Assembly (NCBI GenBank): GCA_963739305.1
Contig: CAVTZU010000007.1
Location: forward strand, 1-33,318
DNA: 33,318 nt
Direction of reading: 5' to 3'
Origin: Candidatus Bathyarchaeota archaeon
GTDB taxonomy: Archaea > Thermoproteota > Bathyarchaeia > Bathyarchaeales > Bathycorpusculaceae
Positions 30,716 through 33,318 of the stretch are shown here, piece by piece. The translations under genes and the position numbers were made by a program. The stretch's first letter is position 1; the number at the start of each line of letters is the position of its first letter. Below the pieces are notes generated by a model. That model was not told where the DNA came from, did not search any database, and saw only the letters and a program-made list of their open reading frames with translations.

Positions 30716-30980
30716 GAAGAACACGTTGTACATCAAGTTTGGCAAGCGAATCCGATATTACAAGTTCAACGATACCTCTTCTAAAGCAATCGCAGTAAGC
30801 GACTTGATTGAGCCTTTTGAGACATAGAAAAAGAAGGGAAGAACATTATTGTGTTTGAATCTTTTCCAAGTTTGTGATGCACGGTTTATGTTTAGAACAC
30901 GAGACAAATGCTATATCGAACGAGGAGCAAAGTTTTTAATTTGATACATCACTGTACTGCTAAAGTCCTTTCTAGAAGAC

Positions 30981-31523
30981 GTGAAAAACTTGAAAGACAC
31001 CGAGCGTAAACTCGTTTCTGAATTGATGAAGAACTGTCGTAGAAGTGACAGGGCACTAGCCAAGGCTCTAGGTGTTTCTCAGCCTACTGTTACAAGAACC
31101 TTGCGCAAGTTGGAGAAGGAAGGGTACATCAAAGAGTATACAATGATACCTGATTTCGCTAAATTAGGGTATGAATTGATGAGCGTCTCTTTCATAACTG
31201 TGAAGAACAACGCTAGACCTGACGAGAAAGGGGCCGTTATCACTACCGCAGCCGAGGAAGTGAACAAGAAGGTTTTTCCAGACTTGCTTATTGAGCGAGG
31301 CATAGGCCTTGGTTTCAATGGGATTATAATCACGCTTCACAGAAACTATTCAAATTACACGGAACAAGTGAACTACACGAAATCACGACCATTTGTCCAG
31401 ACAAACCGTGTTGAGAGTTTCTTGATAGATCTTAAAGACAGTGTTCATTTCAGAAGCCTGACACTTTCGGTTGTGGCCGACGACCTGATCAAAAAGAACA
31501 AGGAAGAGACGAAGCGAAGCTAA
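30981..31523 (+). CDS. Lrp/AsnC-type winged-helix transcriptional regulator (paralog of 26986-27531)
   Basis: ELMKNCRRSDRALAKALGVSQPTVTR...LEKEGYIKEYTMIPDF; divergent from the SBP gene. Confidence 0.88.
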   Translation: MKNLKDTERKLVSELMKNCRRSDRALAKALGVSQPTVTRTLRKLEKEGYIKEYTMIPDFAKLGYELMSVSFITVKNNARPDEKGAVITTAAEEVNKKVFPDLLIERGIGLGFNGIIITLHRNYSNYTEQVNYTKSRPFVQTNRVESFLIDLKDSVHFRSLTLSVVADDLIKKNKEETKRS

Positions 31524-31582
31524 TTAGCGCGCGCTAGTCTACTTCGAAACATGCCAACAAGTTAGAATGAGGGTTTTTACCT

Positions 31583-31747
31583 CTAGTGGGTTTTAGCGGG
31601 CGCGCTGGCGTCGTATGTTATCTCCATTACAGATTCTTTGTCAGGGTTACGAACGAATATAACGGAACAAGCGTTGTTTTCGCAGCAGTACTTAGCCTTG
31701 CCTGGGTCCTTCTTCAATGGTTTACCACATTCGGGACAATTAGCCAT
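31583..31747 (-). CDS. Small C4 zinc-ribbon protein, copy B (54 aa)
   Basis: Manual translation MANCPECGKPLKKDPGKAKYCCENNACSVIFVRNPDKESVMEITYDASAPAKTH*. Confidence 0.7.
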   Translation of the reverse strand: MANCPECGKPLKKDPGKAKYCCENNACSVIFVRNPDKESVMEITYDASAPAKTH

Positions 31748-31844
31748 GTTCAAATTCCCTCTTGGATAACTAGAGAGGATTATGTAAAAATGTTGTTAAT
31801 CCCTAATAGTGATGCGAGCTCCGTTTCTCTCTCGCGCGCGCGAC

Positions 31845-31934
31845 AAACCGGAAGAAGTCAAATCGCTCTTGGAAGTGGGCTTTGAATACGTCTGCCAGAA
31901 AGATAACCTAATATTCCTGAGAAAGCGCAAGTGA
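31845..31934 (+). pseudogene. Extreme C-terminal remnant of a tyrosine integrase
   Basis: KPEEVKSLLEVGFEYVCQKDNLIFLRKRK* aligns with the tail of 27545-27717 and ends 32 nt before tRNA-His. Confidence 0.7.
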
Positions 31935-31966
31935 TGGAGAACAGGCTACGAGGTCAACAAAAATGT

Positions 31967-32043
31967 GGCCGGGGTGAGGTAGCCTGGTAGCCTATAGGCC
32001 TGTGGAGCCTATCGCCCGGGTTCAATTCCCGGCCCCGGCCCCA
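31967..32043 (+). tRNA. tRNA-His(GTG), intron-less, with encoded G-1 and CCA
   Basis: Acceptor GCCGGGG/CCCCGGC, C discriminator plus CCA; anticodon arm TAGGC-CTGTGGA-GCCTA; T arm CCGGG-TTCAATT-CCCGG. Confidence 0.95.
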
Positions 32044-32424
32044 CTCATTTTCTTGGAAAGAACATGAATTAGGAACCTAGGAGCTTGTTTCTGTGTTTTG
32101 CGTTCCCAAGCGCGTGCGTGTAGTATGCAAATCGTAAAAATGCAATGTGAAAAGTGTCGTTATACTTCGATTCCAAGAGTAGAAAGCCCTTGGAATTATT
32201 GATGAAGAAAGCAGAGACTCAGAGCTGAGAAACAGAATAATCAAACAGAAACCCCTACAAACGAACGAACAGTCAATACACCTACGGAGGAGGATAATAG
32301 CACTTCTTCCTCACAAGAACTTGTTCACGTATGTTCTAGAACTATGTTCTATTTCCCAAAATATCATGATAGGAAATACATTTAAAGAAACTTAACCCTC
32401 AATTATCATCCAGGGTGTTTTGCT

Positions 32425-32676
32425 TTGAAGTTGTATCATGAAATTCTCCTCAGATTTTACTATGGATGTATAGCTGGCGCGCTTGGCGGACTTGGACTAG
32501 CTGTTCTGATGTTTGTCAACTATTTATCATCAAGGATGAACGCTGGTGACATTACGACATTTTATTACTTAGGTTTTGGAACAATAATACTTGCTATTAT
32601 TTTGGGAGCCTACGATCTGTCAAGAATCCGCAAGATCGTGGATAGTGTGAAGAGCGGACAAACATCCATAGAGTAG
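32425..32676 (+). CDS. Small two-TM membrane hypothetical protein
   Basis: Two hydrophobic helices; GGGTG RBS-like sequence and TTTAAA TATA-like box upstream. Confidence 0.55.
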   Translation: MKLYHEILLRFYYGCIAGALGGLGLAVLMFVNYLSSRMNAGDITTFYYLGFGTIILAIILGAYDLSRIRKIVDSVKSGQTSIE

Positions 32677-32802
32677 TTGTCAATTTGATTTGAGCCTTTT
32701 AGAATATCATTATAGGAAACAGATGCGAGAAAACTTTGCGGTTTCTATGAATAGATTAGCGATCTCTGAAACGTTTAGGTAGTTGCCTTCACTAATATGC
32801 GT

Positions 32803-32922
32803 CTATTGTGCAGCTATCTTGTTCACCAAAACGTATATTCTGCAACCTTGACACTTGTCGTATTCCTTTGTTTCACACTTGCTGCAAACGATTCGGCTAA
32901 GCTCCGTGAGTTCCGGACTCAA
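32803..32922 (-). CDS. 39-aa CxxC...CxxC microprotein
   Basis: Manual translation MSPELTELSRIVCSKCETKEYDKCQGCRIYVLVNKIAAQ*; GAGGGA RBS before TTG. Confidence 0.6.
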   Translation of the reverse strand: MSPELTELSRIVCSKCETKEYDKCQGCRIYVLVNKIAAQ

Positions 32923-33208
32923 ACTATATCCCTCTGTTCACTTCAATAACTTGCGTGGCATGTGGCTATATACTGTATTCTTGTCAGGGAATACTCCAGC
33001 AAAGAACTAGACGTCACAAAAAGGTTAGGCGTTAATGGTAAAGTCAGCTTTATCATAGATTCTTTTCAATGTCTCTAAGTCCTTTCCCTGTATAGTGTTT
33101 TGCCAAAACGCTTCCGACTGCTCTTCCCAGTAGATGGAGCTTACATCATTATCTGGGTTTCACAACAGTTTTACGTTATCTCCTCTTTTTTAATATGGGA
33201 ATTCAAAG

Positions 33209-33318
33209 ATGGTTAATTGTCCAGAATGCGGTAAACCATTGAAGAAGGAACCAGGCAAGGCTAAGTACTGCTGCGAAAACAACGCTTGTTCCGTCATATT
33301 CGTTCGTAATCCTGACAA
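33209..33318 (+). CDS. Small C4 zinc-ribbon protein, copy C (runs off the window)
   Basis: MVNCPECGKPLKKEPGKAKYCCENNACSVIFVRNPD...; upstream region from about 33136 is homologous to copies A and B. Confidence 0.7.
   Translation, partial: MVNCPECGKPLKKEPGKAKYCCENNACSVIFVRNPD

Noticed and set aside
31586-31885. 99-aa plus-strand ORF and its counterpart 19414-19656 (-)
   Set aside because: Antisense shadows of the zinc-ribbon gene, which has the RBS and conserved cysteines.

Overview
Archaeal chromosomal window, most likely Bathyarchaeia. This is an inference from dockerin-tagged oligopeptide-type ABC solute-binding proteins, Lrp-type wHTH paralogs, LonB, and tyrosine-integrase tails ending FLRKRK. 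A core-like block (about 8.4-18.6 kb: wHTH regulators, MinD/ParA, MobA, HAD, wHTH-nuclease, FtsX/LolD-type ABC, Hjc-like nuclease, LonB) sits between patchwork accessory zones (about 1.8-8 kb, 18.9-22 kb and 25.8-33.3 kb), the last of which contains tRNA-His(GTG). Four structures stand out. (1) About 15 intergenic alternating (CG)n tracts mark module boundaries and fall where homology between repeated segments breaks. (2) The 5' 15 nt of tRNA-His is duplicated 4.2 kb upstream, and both copies follow an integrase C-terminal remnant. (3) A 71-bp perfect inverted repeat with a recombinase-like core lies 9.3 kb apart. (4) A zinc-ribbon microgene module occurs three times. Several frameshifts may be sequencing errors. 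All counts and alignments were done by eye.
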